A stretch of 45,969 nt of DNA from a virus (Duplodnaviria; Caudoviricetes), in IMG/VR virus record IMGVR_UViG_3300029822_000019, positions 1 through 45,969 of that record, one strand, 5' to 3'. This document shows positions 1-8,322 of this stretch, piece after piece. The stretch's first letter is position 1. Each line of letters starts with the position of its first letter. A program made the position numbers and the translations under genes. The notes beneath the pieces are model-generated. The model worked only from the letters and a program-made list of their open reading frames with translations. It had not been told where the DNA came from and did no database searches.

Positions 1-100
1 ACCACAATGCATTGTTTACATTGTGTACAATTGTGGACAGAGATGAGGCCCTCCAATTAGTACCCAAAGATGGATTTGAAGACCTGCCCGATCGATCCCC
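1..100 (+). repeat. Terminal direct repeat, copy 1 (probable circular-assembly overlap)
   Basis: 1-98 identical to 45870-45967; single difference at position 99. Confidence 0.95.
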
Positions 101-389
101 TCAGGATCTCATCACTTTTCGAGGCTTGGATATTCCGCCCTAAAAAATGGACCTTATACCCGGCGGATTCAATTCTCTTCAGTTGGTATTCCCTTTTTGA
201 CAATTTGGGCCTCTCCATTGTGAATTTAGGGTCTGAGTCCTCCAGGACCAATTTGATCTTATCCAGATTCTGCCTCGTGTGACCATACCTCTCAGACCAT
301 AGGATCACGATCCCTTCCACAAAATCAATTTGTCTTATCTGATGATAAGTCTTTGTTTCAATGTCAAGTGCTCTCATACTATTACGCAA
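57..389 (-). CDS. Hypothetical protein (N-terminus weakly YopX-like)
   Basis: 110 aa ORF, last in the minus-strand run; overlaps the upstream ORF end. Confidence 0.6.
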   Translation of the reverse strand: MRNSMRALDIETKTYHQIRQIDFVEGIVILWSERYGHTRQNLDKIKLVLEDSDPKFTMERPKLSKREYQLKRIESAGYKVHFLGRNIQASKSDEILRGSIGQVFKSIFGY

Positions 390-589
390 TAAAATGGATT
401 CTCTTGTGCTCCATCCTTCTGATCGAACAACTCAAGTACTATGCCCTCCGGCCTTGTTTCCTCCCTACCTTTGTAGGTCATTCCTGTTTCTATCCCAAAG
501 AAGGATTCAGCCAATCGAGTCGCTTCATCCCTGCTTTCACACAGGACTTCACCCGCCATTCTTAATTCGTGATCCTGAAATATGCTCAT
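374..589 (-). CDS. Hypothetical protein
   Basis: 71 aa; ATGA overlap with the exonuclease stop codon. Confidence 0.6.
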   Translation of the reverse strand: MSIFQDHELRMAGEVLCESRDEATRLAESFFGIETGMTYKGREETRPEGIVLELFDQKDGAQENPFYCVIV

Positions 590-1170
590 AATTCAATGTC
601 TAATCCGGTTACTATCCTATAAATTCCACGTGTCAATTCAACGTCGTATGAGGCGTCATGCAGGCGATCCTCATTGACCACTATACCGAGTTCCCGTGCC
701 ACTCGGTGCTGTTTGAAGGAAGGCATGGACGCCCTTCTCTGAATAAGGTATTGAGACGCCAGGACGAGTGTGTCAAGCGTATCAGTCCAGAACCAGGAAC
801 CAATGAACTCATCCCCATTCTGTTTGAACCAAGCCCGCAGGAACACATCATCGAAATACCTGTTGTTGAATCCCACATTCCAAGCCTTTTGTTTGGTATC
901 AAAAGGATCGATATATTTGCCCAATACGGCCTTAAATTCTTTGTGGGCATCTTTCATATCCTGATAAGACAAAAGTTCCTCCTGTGTCTTCCTACAGGTC
1001 CGTAAGGCCCCTTCATCGATGATGGCTTTGGGATGAGGTCTGGAAAAGATATTGAACTTGTCCACAACCTCATCGTTGATCTCAATCAGACCTGCGATCT
1101 GATGGATTGAGTTCTTCCGAACATCTACCCCCGTTGTCTCCAGGTCATAAAACACTTTAATTATGTCCAT
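586..1170 (-). CDS. DEDDh 3'-5' exonuclease (DnaQ/epsilon-like)
   Basis: ExoI FYDLETTG, ExoII GFNNRYFDD, ExoIII HDASYD. Confidence 0.9.
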   Translation of the reverse strand: MDIIKVFYDLETTGVDVRKNSIHQIAGLIEINDEVVDKFNIFSRPHPKAIIDEGALRTCRKTQEELLSYQDMKDAHKEFKAVLGKYIDPFDTKQKAWNVGFNNRYFDDVFLRAWFKQNGDEFIGSWFWTDTLDTLVLASQYLIQRRASMPSFKQHRVARELGIVVNEDRLHDASYDVELTRGIYRIVTGLDIEL

Positions 1171-1303
1171 CTTGTTTTTGTTTTAAAAATTTGAAATAGT
1201 CGTCAATGGCTTTATCCCAAGCCTTATTGGCTTTGCCTGCACCATAGATGAAGGCAAAGACCAATAAGTTGAATAATACTATTGCACCTATTGCGTACCA
1301 CAT
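1157..1303 (-). CDS. Small membrane protein (48 aa, not in ORF track)
   Basis: Hand translation MWYAIGAIVLFNLLVFAFIYGAGKANKAWDKAIDDYFKFLKQKQDGHN; fills the gap between neighbours; one hydrophobic helix. Confidence 0.6.
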   Translation of the reverse strand: MWYAIGAIVLFNLLVFAFIYGAGKANKAWDKAIDDYFKFLKQKQDGHN

Positions 1304-1306
1304 AAC

Positions 1307-1726
1307 TTATGAATTTAGGATCATGTTGATGGGTTGCAGAGGAGTGCCGAACGTGGCTGTCGTGATCCATATCTTTCTGCTCTTCTTCAGCGCCTGGATA
1401 TTGATCGGGTAGAGATCAATCTCAAAGGTCGCCGGTGATTCAGGACCTTCACCCCATGACTTAGGGTTGCAGTGAAATTGACCTTTGTGTGTTACTGGAA
1501 ATGTAGGCTCTACAGTAGTGACACGGATCGGCTGAGCAGAACGTCCGAATGTGAGTACAGTCAGTTTCAAGATCTTGGTCTTTTTGACTGCCTCGAGTTC
1601 CTGGTCGTCGAGTTCCATGCAGAAGGTTACGAGTCCATTGTTCTGAGCGTGAGCCGGCAATGGCAAATACTCTTTTTGGTCTTTAGCGAAGACCACGTTG
1701 TGTTGTTCGAATTCAATTGCTTTCAT
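1307..1726 (-). CDS. Hypothetical protein with internal duplication
   Basis: Two copies of TF-x-(M/I)-x-L...KK...T..TFG...QPI. Confidence 0.7.
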   Translation of the reverse strand: MKAIEFEQHNVVFAKDQKEYLPLPAHAQNNGLVTFCMELDDQELEAVKKTKILKLTVLTFGRSAQPIRVTTVEPTFPVTHKGQFHCNPKSWGEGPESPATFEIDLYPINIQALKKSRKIWITTATFGTPLQPINMILNS

Positions 1727-2240
1727 TTACTTCAATTTTAGTGTTATTAATATATTGCCAAGAATATCCTTTGTGAGCGGTTTTTATACCATTACAACAA
1801 TCACATACATGCCCTTGATGGAACCCTGCTTGTTTTACTGAATGCGTACTTTCGAATGTTATTGTCTCCCCTGTTTTGAGATTAGTTCCCCGCACAGGGA
1901 AAGACAATTTTTTAGAGACTTTCTCATTTCGAGTTCCGAAGTTGTTATTATAAGAACTTCCACACCATTCGAGATTGGTCCATACGTTATTTGTTCTGAT
2001 TTCATCCTTATGGTTTATCTCAGGAAGACACTCCGGATTCGGAATGAATGCCTTTGCTACGAGTCTATGAACAAGTCTGTTCCATTTATCGGGGGATTTA
2101 TACAGAATCAAACAAGGGTAACCTTTTCGATTCAAGGAAGAGCGAAGAATTCGTTTAGTCTTTGAATTCCTTACTCTCCCAAGATCACTTACTTCATACA
2201 GTCCTGAGAATTCTTCTATATCTCTCCATTGTTCTTCCAT
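1713..2240 (-). CDS. NUMOD4-HNH homing endonuclease
   Basis: EQWRDIEEFSGLYEVSDLGRVR (NUMOD4); VHRLVAKAF...INHKDEIRTNNVWTNLEWC (HNH); C-terminal NUMOD1-like segment. Confidence 0.9.
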   Translation of the reverse strand: MEEQWRDIEEFSGLYEVSDLGRVRNSKTKRILRSSLNRKGYPCLILYKSPDKWNRLVHRLVAKAFIPNPECLPEINHKDEIRTNNVWTNLEWCGSSYNNNFGTRNEKVSKKLSFPVRGTNLKTGETITFESTHSVKQAGFHQGHVCDCCNGIKTAHKGYSWQYINNTKIEVNESN

Positions 2241-2488
2241 GACCGAATTGACTTAATTGTTGATTGAACAAGGTTGTAAGTAATGGCCCATCCAAGTCCT
2301 GACAGAAAGAATGTGAGCAGTCCAGTGAGTCCGATCTTCCAGGCCAAAGCCCCTCCGATCCATATCCATATAAATATAGAGGATATGATCCCGAGTAAAC
2401 CCAGGACCATAAGAATAAGCATGCAGGTGAATAGCACCTCTGAAAATTTAAGCTTACGATTAAGCTTATTGATCTTCTTCGTCTTCAT
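2216..2488 (-). CDS. Membrane protein (2 predicted TM helices)
   Basis: Basic N-terminus followed by two long hydrophobic stretches. Confidence 0.7.
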   Translation of the reverse strand: MKTKKINKLNRKLKFSEVLFTCMLILMVLGLLGIISSIFIWIWIGGALAWKIGLTGLLTFFLSGLGWAITYNLVQSTIKSIRSWKNNGEI

Positions 2489-2512
2489 TTTGATTGATGT
2501 TTATACGTGTTG

Positions 2513-2520
2513 CAAATTTA
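2513..2520 (-). promoter_or_regulatory. Possible Bacteroidota -7 promoter element
   Basis: TAAATTTG on the minus strand, 24 nt upstream of the ATG at 2488. Confidence 0.4.
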
Positions 2521-2529
2521 ATTAATTAA

Positions 2530-2730
2530 TTATTCGACTATTTTTTGAATCCAGCATCTCGGTTGAGTAGGATGCGGAACTAAAATTGTTTTCTTACCTT
2601 TCATTTCCTTGTCATGCTGAGCCTTCAGCTTCTGTGCATTCTCCAGGGGAGAAAGAGCCTTCTTGCGAAGGTTCTTCTCCTTCCTCTTTGCGTCATATTT
2701 TCTCATTCCCATATTCATATTATGCTTCAA
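2530..2730 (-). CDS. Basic hypothetical protein
   Basis: 66 aa, overlaps the helicase end. Confidence 0.55.
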   Translation of the reverse strand: MKHNMNMGMRKYDAKRKEKNLRKKALSPLENAQKLKAQHDKEMKGKKTILVPHPTQPRCWIQKIVE

Positions 2731-4198
2731 AATCGATTATGAATCCCAAGTGGTGTTTTGCCCTGGTGTAGGCTACATACACGAGATTTGATTCTTGTTC
2801 AGCCATCCATTCGATTGCCATTGCTCTGCGGTTGTAGAGTTTCTCCGGGCAGGCAATAAATACTCTGTCGGCCTCCAGACCTTTAGACTTGTGGATCGTT
2901 GAGAGGCAGATCCCGGCACGGTTCCCTTCATTGAATATCTGTTCGATACGAGAGACTAATTGGCGTGTCTGAGTCAGTCCTTCAGAAAGGACCTCGATCG
3001 CCTTGATCTTATCTTCATAGATGGTGTATTGATTGCTGAACTTTGCCTCGGCCAGGCTGCACTTTTGCTGAGATGAAACTCTCTGAGCGATCTTGTTCAA
3101 TTCCTTATCCAGGATCGAGAGAGCGTCCATGATATTGGTCCGTTTAGTCTTGTTCAGGAGGTTGATGAGGTTAGTCCCTATGTCTTTGCCTTTGATGTAA
3201 GCCTTGACGCCCTGAGCGATGTATTTCATACAGAGTTTGGCAAGGGGAGCAGTAACACGACAGAGGATCATGTCCCCATCCTGAACGTCTTTGATACTGG
3301 CTTCGTGGTTGACAGATCCTTGAGGAGCATTGTCTCTTGCCTCTATCTGAGGAACCAGGGACTTTGCCAGGTCAATGATGTCTGAGTCACACCTGTAACA
3401 AACAGACAAAGGAAGTTGAACCGTGTTCGGAATAGCCTTCAGGAGGTTGAACGATTTCACGTCCGCTCCGGCGAATCCATATATGGCTTGGCGAGGATCT
3501 CCTACAGCGATGAAACGACCTTCAGGCTTTACACACTTAAGGAACATTTCCCTCTGAGCAGCGTTGAGGTCCTGACACTCATCGATGAACACCCAATCGT
3601 ATTGGGGCATCCGGATGTTCTTCATATTGGGGAAGTATATCATGTCAGTGAAGTCAATTTGACCCATTTCCCTGAGCCCCCAATTGATCGCCTTTTTGGC
3701 AATATCCATTTCATTGTCTACCAAGTCCAGACCATGCTTGTAGACGAGGTCGTCCATATCAGAACCGGAGTTGCAAAGGTTCACACGGAAGAGATCAATC
3801 AACTTCATGATGTTGGCTTTGTACTCAGAGAGTTCTTCGTATTCGAGTTCCATGAGAGGTTCGATCCCCCCGAACTTAAGACCTGTATTGACCCATGTAC
3901 GATATTTGTCCGCCTGGATCTTGGTCTGGATCTGATTCATAATTGATGAAGCTCCGAGACTGTGCAGGGTCTTAACCTCAACGTTGCGGAGGTTACCGAC
4001 CTTGATCTTCAGTTCTTCCACGATAGCCTTATTGAAGGCAAGGAAAAGAACCGACTGAGTCTCGGGGATAAGCTTCAGGGCGTTCACGATAGTGGTTGAC
4101 TTACCTGAGCCGGCCACTGCGTCTATGACTGCGTTCCCGGTTCCGTCCTGAATGAAATTGTAAATTGCCTGTTGATATTTTGATGGAGTAAAAGCCAT
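2720..4198 (-). CDS. SF1 UvrD/Rep-like helicase
   Basis: AVAGSGKST, FIDECQD, VGDPRQAIYGFAG, STIHKSKGLE, YVAYTRAK. Confidence 0.92.
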   Translation of the reverse strand: MAFTPSKYQQAIYNFIQDGTGNAVIDAVAGSGKSTTIVNALKLIPETQSVLFLAFNKAIVEELKIKVGNLRNVEVKTLHSLGASSIMNQIQTKIQADKYRTWVNTGLKFGGIEPLMELEYEELSEYKANIMKLIDLFRVNLCNSGSDMDDLVYKHGLDLVDNEMDIAKKAINWGLREMGQIDFTDMIYFPNMKNIRMPQYDWVFIDECQDLNAAQREMFLKCVKPEGRFIAVGDPRQAIYGFAGADVKSFNLLKAIPNTVQLPLSVCYRCDSDIIDLAKSLVPQIEARDNAPQGSVNHEASIKDVQDGDMILCRVTAPLAKLCMKYIAQGVKAYIKGKDIGTNLINLLNKTKRTNIMDALSILDKELNKIAQRVSSQQKCSLAEAKFSNQYTIYEDKIKAIEVLSEGLTQTRQLVSRIEQIFNEGNRAGICLSTIHKSKGLEADRVFIACPEKLYNRRAMAIEWMAEQESNLVYVAYTRAKHHLGFIIDFEA

Positions 4199-4217
4199 GA
4201 TTGTAAGTATTATGAGT

Positions 4218-4412
4218 TTATGATAATTTGGTTACTGTGTGAGCTCCTCCATCTAAAATAGCGGTTTGCCCAATTTCCAGAGATCTTACTTGGTTGATGT
4301 CATCTTCATCATATCCAAGGTCTTCAGTGAAAAAAGTTATATCCTTAATAGCATCGGGGGCGTTGTTATATTGAGCAGAATCCAATTTGAGTAAAAATTT
4401 TGAGGTTGTCAT
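4218..4412 (-). CDS. Hypothetical protein
   Basis: 64 aa ORF with AT-rich leader. Confidence 0.65.
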   Translation of the reverse strand: MTTSKFLLKLDSAQYNNAPDAIKDITFFTEDLGYDEDDINQVRSLEIGQTAILDGGAHTVTKLS

Positions 4413-4427
4413 GATTTTATATATTAT

Positions 4428-4445
4428 GGAGGGCCGAAGCCCTCC
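4428..4445 (-). other. Stable C(UUCG)G hairpin
   Basis: GGAGGGC-TTCG-GCCCTCC on the minus strand; no following U-tract. Confidence 0.65.
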
Positions 4446-4460
4446 GGTTATTGGTTCGAA

Positions 4461-4706
4461 TTATTTAATCAGTTGAAAGCATTTGTTGTTGTAGTAAGCG
4501 AAGATGTCCATCTTCTGAAGTTTACCCTTTGACAGGCATTCCATTTGGCTCCTGTCATACTTAATCTCTACCCCTCTGAACTGATGAGATAATACGTGAC
4601 CCGAGCAACTGATGTATTTGTACTCGATACCTGAAAATTCGTAACCGCCTTCGATTAAGATGTTTACCACCTTTGCGAGATCCTGAAGTTTTTCTTTATT
4701 TGTCAT
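4461..4706 (-). CDS. Hypothetical protein
   Basis: 81 aa ORF directly downstream of a conserved promoter copy. Confidence 0.65.
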   Translation of the reverse strand: MTNKEKLQDLAKVVNILIEGGYEFSGIEYKYISCSGHVLSHQFRGVEIKYDRSQMECLSKGKLQKMDIFAYYNNKCFQLIK

Positions 4707-4759
4707 TGTCTTTGTTTCAGCTATGCCCTGGCTGACCGGTTTTAAATTTTATGATGGGA

Positions 4760-4820
4760 CAAATGTACGACTTCTTTTTCATATAAAAAAATTATTTCAG
4801 TGAAAAGTGAAACTATTTTT
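4760..4820 (-). promoter_or_regulatory. Conserved phage promoter/operator, copy 1
   Basis: Minus strand ...CTGAAATAATTTTTTATATGAAAAAGAAGTCGTACATTTG; ends in TAnnTTTG; five near-identical intergenic copies. Confidence 0.8.
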
Positions 4821-4869
4821 CATCTTTAACGTATACAAAAAGTGCCGGAGATCTTCCCCGGCACTTAAC

Positions 4870-5103
4870 TTATTCAATATCAATTCCTTCATCGATCTGC
4901 CTGATTCTCTCCTGGCATATATGAATGATCTTCTCGTAGTCCAATCTCCTGGGATCGGTGCCTTTTTTCCTGAGCACTCTTTTGACAATGTCTGCATCGA
5001 ACGGATTAAGTTTATATTCAATCCAAATGTCCCATGGTTGGATCTTATGCTTTGAGTAGTCAGATGATCCTACATTGTGCCCACGAACGTCACTCTTTTC
5101 CAT
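4870..5103 (-). CDS. DUF3310-like protein (putative nucleotide kinase, T7 gp1.7-like)
   Basis: VGSSDY..IQPWD.....LN.F....VK..LR..G.....DYEK pattern; coupled to thyX. Confidence 0.6.
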   Translation of the reverse strand: MEKSDVRGHNVGSSDYSKHKIQPWDIWIEYKLNPFDADIVKRVLRKKGTDPRRLDYEKIIHICQERIRQIDEGIDIE

Positions 5104-5749
5104 CTCCGAAAATCTCAGGTAGTACCTCCTTGAATATATCCCTCAAAGGGATCATCAACTCTCGCATCTGTGGATGAGCCGCAGGTGAACACCTTTGCCG
5201 GAAGATCTCCCTCCATTCTCTGAGGTTGGCAGTGACAACGATTTCGGTCTTCAAGGAATTCGGCAGAACAGATCTTGCTTCCTGAGGGTTCCAACCTACC
5301 TGGATCATACTCTTATAAATGTCCTGAGAATTCTGCATAGCATTAAGCCAAAGGATTTCACCGTGTGACTGAAGACCAAAAGTAGATTGATCCCCTTCAC
5401 CAGGTTCGATCTTTGACCAGGACGGAATAATGAAAGTAAGTTGATTGTCAAACTTGTCATTTGAGTAATTACAATATCGGGTAGACTCCTGAGAGAAGGA
5501 GGCTATCCTGTGCCGAACCAATTCATGTGAGACCCCCCTGTCACAAATGAACTTCACAGAAACAGACTGATGTTCGACCACGGACAAATGACCCCGACCG
5601 ACTATCATTTCCACAAACCTACTTGCTGAGTCCTCAGTGATTTTGTCCTCAGATTTATAGCAAGTACGACCAGCCATTTCAATGGCTTTAAGGATCTGAC
5701 TCCTATCTATAGGAGTCAAGATCTCAAACGATGGTTTTATTAGTCTCAT
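5090..5749 (-). CDS. thyX: FAD-dependent thymidylate synthase
   Basis: GHLSVVEH, HELVRHRIASFSQESTRY (ThyX signature), EARSVLPN, NLREW, AHPQMR. Confidence 0.95.
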   Translation of the reverse strand: MRLIKPSFEILTPIDRSQILKAIEMAGRTCYKSEDKITEDSASRFVEMIVGRGHLSVVEHQSVSVKFICDRGVSHELVRHRIASFSQESTRYCNYSNDKFDNQLTFIIPSWSKIEPGEGDQSTFGLQSHGEILWLNAMQNSQDIYKSMIQVGWNPQEARSVLPNSLKTEIVVTANLREWREIFRQRCSPAAHPQMRELMIPLRDIFKEVLPEIFGDGKE

Positions 5750-5755
5750 AGCTTT

Positions 5756-6199
5756 TTATTTTGTACCAGTTGAACCGAATCCCCCTGCCCCTCTTTCGGT
5801 AGACTCAGGATATAACTCACTCACTGTGTCCACCACTTCGATACCTTCATAAGATACCGGAACCAAAAGCATCTGGACCAATTTCTCACCAGGCAAAAGT
5901 TCCTGGACGTCCATTCCTATATTAGTAACATGCAGGTGTACCTCCCCCTGGTAGTCCTCATCAACTACACAGGCCCCGACCTGAAGATGTTTCTTTGTGG
6001 CCACACCTGATTTGTTCATCACGATCAAGGCAAAGCCTTCAGGAACCTGAACATGAATCCCCGATGGGATGTTTACGTCTTGACCTGGAGCAAGCCAGTG
6101 TGATCCTGGAAAGTCATTTGGGATATAGAAGTCAATCCCGGCCGATTTCTCTGTGCCCCGTGTTGGGGTCTTTACGTCTCTTACTTTAGTGATTTTCAT
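5756..6199 (-). CDS. dut: Trimeric dUTPase
   Basis: SAGIDF, KSG, VVDEDYQGE, ERGAGGFGSTG. Confidence 0.93.
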   Translation of the reverse strand: MKITKVRDVKTPTRGTEKSAGIDFYIPNDFPGSHWLAPGQDVNIPSGIHVQVPEGFALIVMNKSGVATKKHLQVGACVVDEDYQGEVHLHVTNIGMDVQELLPGEKLVQMLLVPVSYEGIEVVDTVSELYPESTERGAGGFGSTGTK

Positions 6200-6204
6200 A
6201 CGCT

Positions 6205-7524
6205 TTACTTTTTAAAAATTTGATTATAGAATAAGTCAAACACCTTGGCCTTATAAGACTCAGGGGTTTGTCTGAGTTGATCATTCTTGAGTGGAACCTT
6301 TTCACGGTCCAGGATTTCATCCGGGAGCAGACCTCTGAAGGTATCTTTCAAATGCTTCTTTTCGATCCTCTCTGAATAAGGGAGAGCCAGGGCATACTTG
6401 ACTACATCATGTGAGAGGAAAGGATTTCGTAGTTCGATGGTGTACCTCATCGAGGCCCTGTCCAGGCGAGGCAGATGATAGAATGGAAGTTCTTCAAATA
6501 CATCAGACTTCTGAGAGTCATAGGTCTTGATGCGCCTGTACCCTCCAAACAGTTCATCCGCTCCGTCTCCTGTCAATACGATCTTTTCAGGAACCACTCC
6601 CAGAAGTTTATGTTGAGGGATCACTGAACCAAGATCGACGGGGGTTTCATTCCAGAGAAAACTTTCGGCCATTTCCTGATCAATATCATAAGTCAAGTAG
6701 GTCAAATCAATACCAAGGAATTGGGCCAATAAATTGGCATATAAGGCCTCATTATTCTCCACTGAATAAAAGGTATTGGTTGAGCCCAAATCATTCAGGA
6801 TTCGGGCTATTATGGATGAATCCAAACCTCCTGAGACCAATGTTCCAACCTGATATGTTTTAGAGATCAATCTCCTTTCAACAGCCCTATATAATAAGGT
6901 CCGGAGGTCCTCCTTCGGTTGGTTCTTGGTCCAATCGAAATAAGGATACGGATCAACAATCAAGATCCGTCCGGAGACAAAAACATAGAGCCTGTTTGGC
7001 ATGATCCGGCGTACGCCTTCCCACGGTGTTCGATCGTCTGTGTTATACCCCCATTTGTAGACTGAACTCTTGTATAGTTCATCGAATGCTTGGTTCCGGA
7101 CCAAAGGCCGGATCTCTGAGCAGATTTCACCCCTTTCATTATAGTATAGTTGTTTCTTCCCTAAGGGGTCAGTGAAGCAATACATGAATCCATTTGGGGT
7201 GACGTGGACGATAGACCAAAACCCATCCCAATTGTTCGCCTCCTCCAGGATGTCCCGGATGTTCTCAGAGTTGAACAGGTCAAGCAGATACTCAACGTCT
7301 GAAGTGTATTTCATAGGGATGTTGAAGATCTCCCCATTGAAGAGAAGAAGTCCCCCATCCTTGAGCTTAAGGGGTTGTTCCCATCCATCCCCTTCAACAG
7401 TCTGGATCGGAAGGCGATGGTGCCCAAAGTAGAAACCGAACCCCTGTTCGTAATGAGATTCGATCCCCCTGTGTTTCAACAGGGGGATTCGATCAAGATC
7501 TCGTGTTATTATTATTCCGCACAT
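6205..7524 (-). CDS. Asparagine-synthetase-B-like glutamine amidotransferase
   Basis: N-terminal MCGI (Ntn Cys), HRG, FNGEIFN, DPLGKKQLYY, PP-loop SGGLDSS, TGDGADELFGGY, ELRNPFL. Confidence 0.9.
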   Translation of the reverse strand: MCGIIITRDLDRIPLLKHRGIESHYEQGFGFYFGHHRLPIQTVEGDGWEQPLKLKDGGLLLFNGEIFNIPMKYTSDVEYLLDLFNSENIRDILEEANNWDGFWSIVHVTPNGFMYCFTDPLGKKQLYYNERGEICSEIRPLVRNQAFDELYKSSVYKWGYNTDDRTPWEGVRRIMPNRLYVFVSGRILIVDPYPYFDWTKNQPKEDLRTLLYRAVERRLISKTYQVGTLVSGGLDSSIIARILNDLGSTNTFYSVENNEALYANLLAQFLGIDLTYLTYDIDQEMAESFLWNETPVDLGSVIPQHKLLGVVPEKIVLTGDGADELFGGYRRIKTYDSQKSDVFEELPFYHLPRLDRASMRYTIELRNPFLSHDVVKYALALPYSERIEKKHLKDTFRGLLPDEILDREKVPLKNDQLRQTPESYKAKVFDLFYNQIFKK

Positions 7525-7525
7525 A

Positions 7526-7750
7526 TTATTTAAGTTTTACCTGTATCACTCCTCTACCCCCTGCTTCTTGAGCTGATTCTATGAAATTCAGAGACTTTAA
7601 ATATCCTACAGCTCCGGGATTCATCCTCATATTCCTTACATAGATGGTTCTACCTTTTGCTTTCCAAATTGATCCTACGGGTTGAACTAATTGAAAATTA
7701 GGGTTACTTATACCAAGCTGAGTTACAAAGATTTGTTCTGAAGTTGTCAT
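7526..7750 (-). CDS. Hypothetical protein
   Basis: 74 aa, first gene after promoter copy 2. Confidence 0.65.
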   Translation of the reverse strand: MTTSEQIFVTQLGISNPNFQLVQPVGSIWKAKGRTIYVRNMRMNPGAVGYLKSLNFIESAQEAGGRGVIQVKLK

Positions 7751-7770
7751 ATCTATTAAGTTTGATGCAG

Positions 7771-7830
7771 CAAATGTACGATATATTTTTCAGATAAAAA
7801 AATTATTTCAGATAAAAGTGAAATTTATTT
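7771..7830 (-). promoter_or_regulatory. Conserved phage promoter/operator, copy 2
   Basis: caaatgtacg...tttttcagataaaaaaattatttcag...gtgaaa on the plus strand. Confidence 0.8.
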
Positions 7831-8322
7831 TCCATGGTTCTCGTGGTAACCATATTCGATCTCGGCTTCTTTCCTTGCTTCAACAGCTTCTTCGAAACTG
7901 GTAAACTCCCCGAGATTCTTCACCTTTCGATCTACACTTATATAAGCTTTCCATTTATTCTTCAGGGGCCTGAAGCAAACCCCGACTACCCCTGAAGTGT
8001 TATTTGAGTTCATTTTTCTGTTCTTCTGATTCTCCTTATGGGGTACGTCTCTCAGGAGGTTGATCTCATTGTCTGACTGGTCATGTTCTATGTGATCGAT
8101 CTCTTCTTTAGGCCATTCTCCGTGAATATATAACCAAGCGAGTCGATGAGCTCTGTATGGTTTCTGATCTATAGTTATTTGTCTATGTCCATACCCGTGA
8201 GTACATCCTGCTAAGTCCCCTTTCTTTGCTCTACCTCTTTGAACCAACCAATGAAAGTCTCCTGTCTCAGGATTATAAGACAGGAGTTCCTTCAATCGTT
8301 CCGATGTTAGTAGATTACCCAT
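7825..8322 (-). CDS. HNH-AP2 homing endonuclease
   Basis: LSYNPETGDFHW, AHRLAWLYIHGEWP, IDHI...DN, NTSGVVGV...KWKAYI...LGEF...EAVEARKEAE. Confidence 0.9.
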   Translation of the reverse strand: MGNLLTSERLKELLSYNPETGDFHWLVQRGRAKKGDLAGCTHGYGHRQITIDQKPYRAHRLAWLYIHGEWPKEEIDHIEHDQSDNEINLLRDVPHKENQKNRKMNSNNTSGVVGVCFRPLKNKWKAYISVDRKVKNLGEFTSFEEAVEARKEAEIEYGYHENHGK

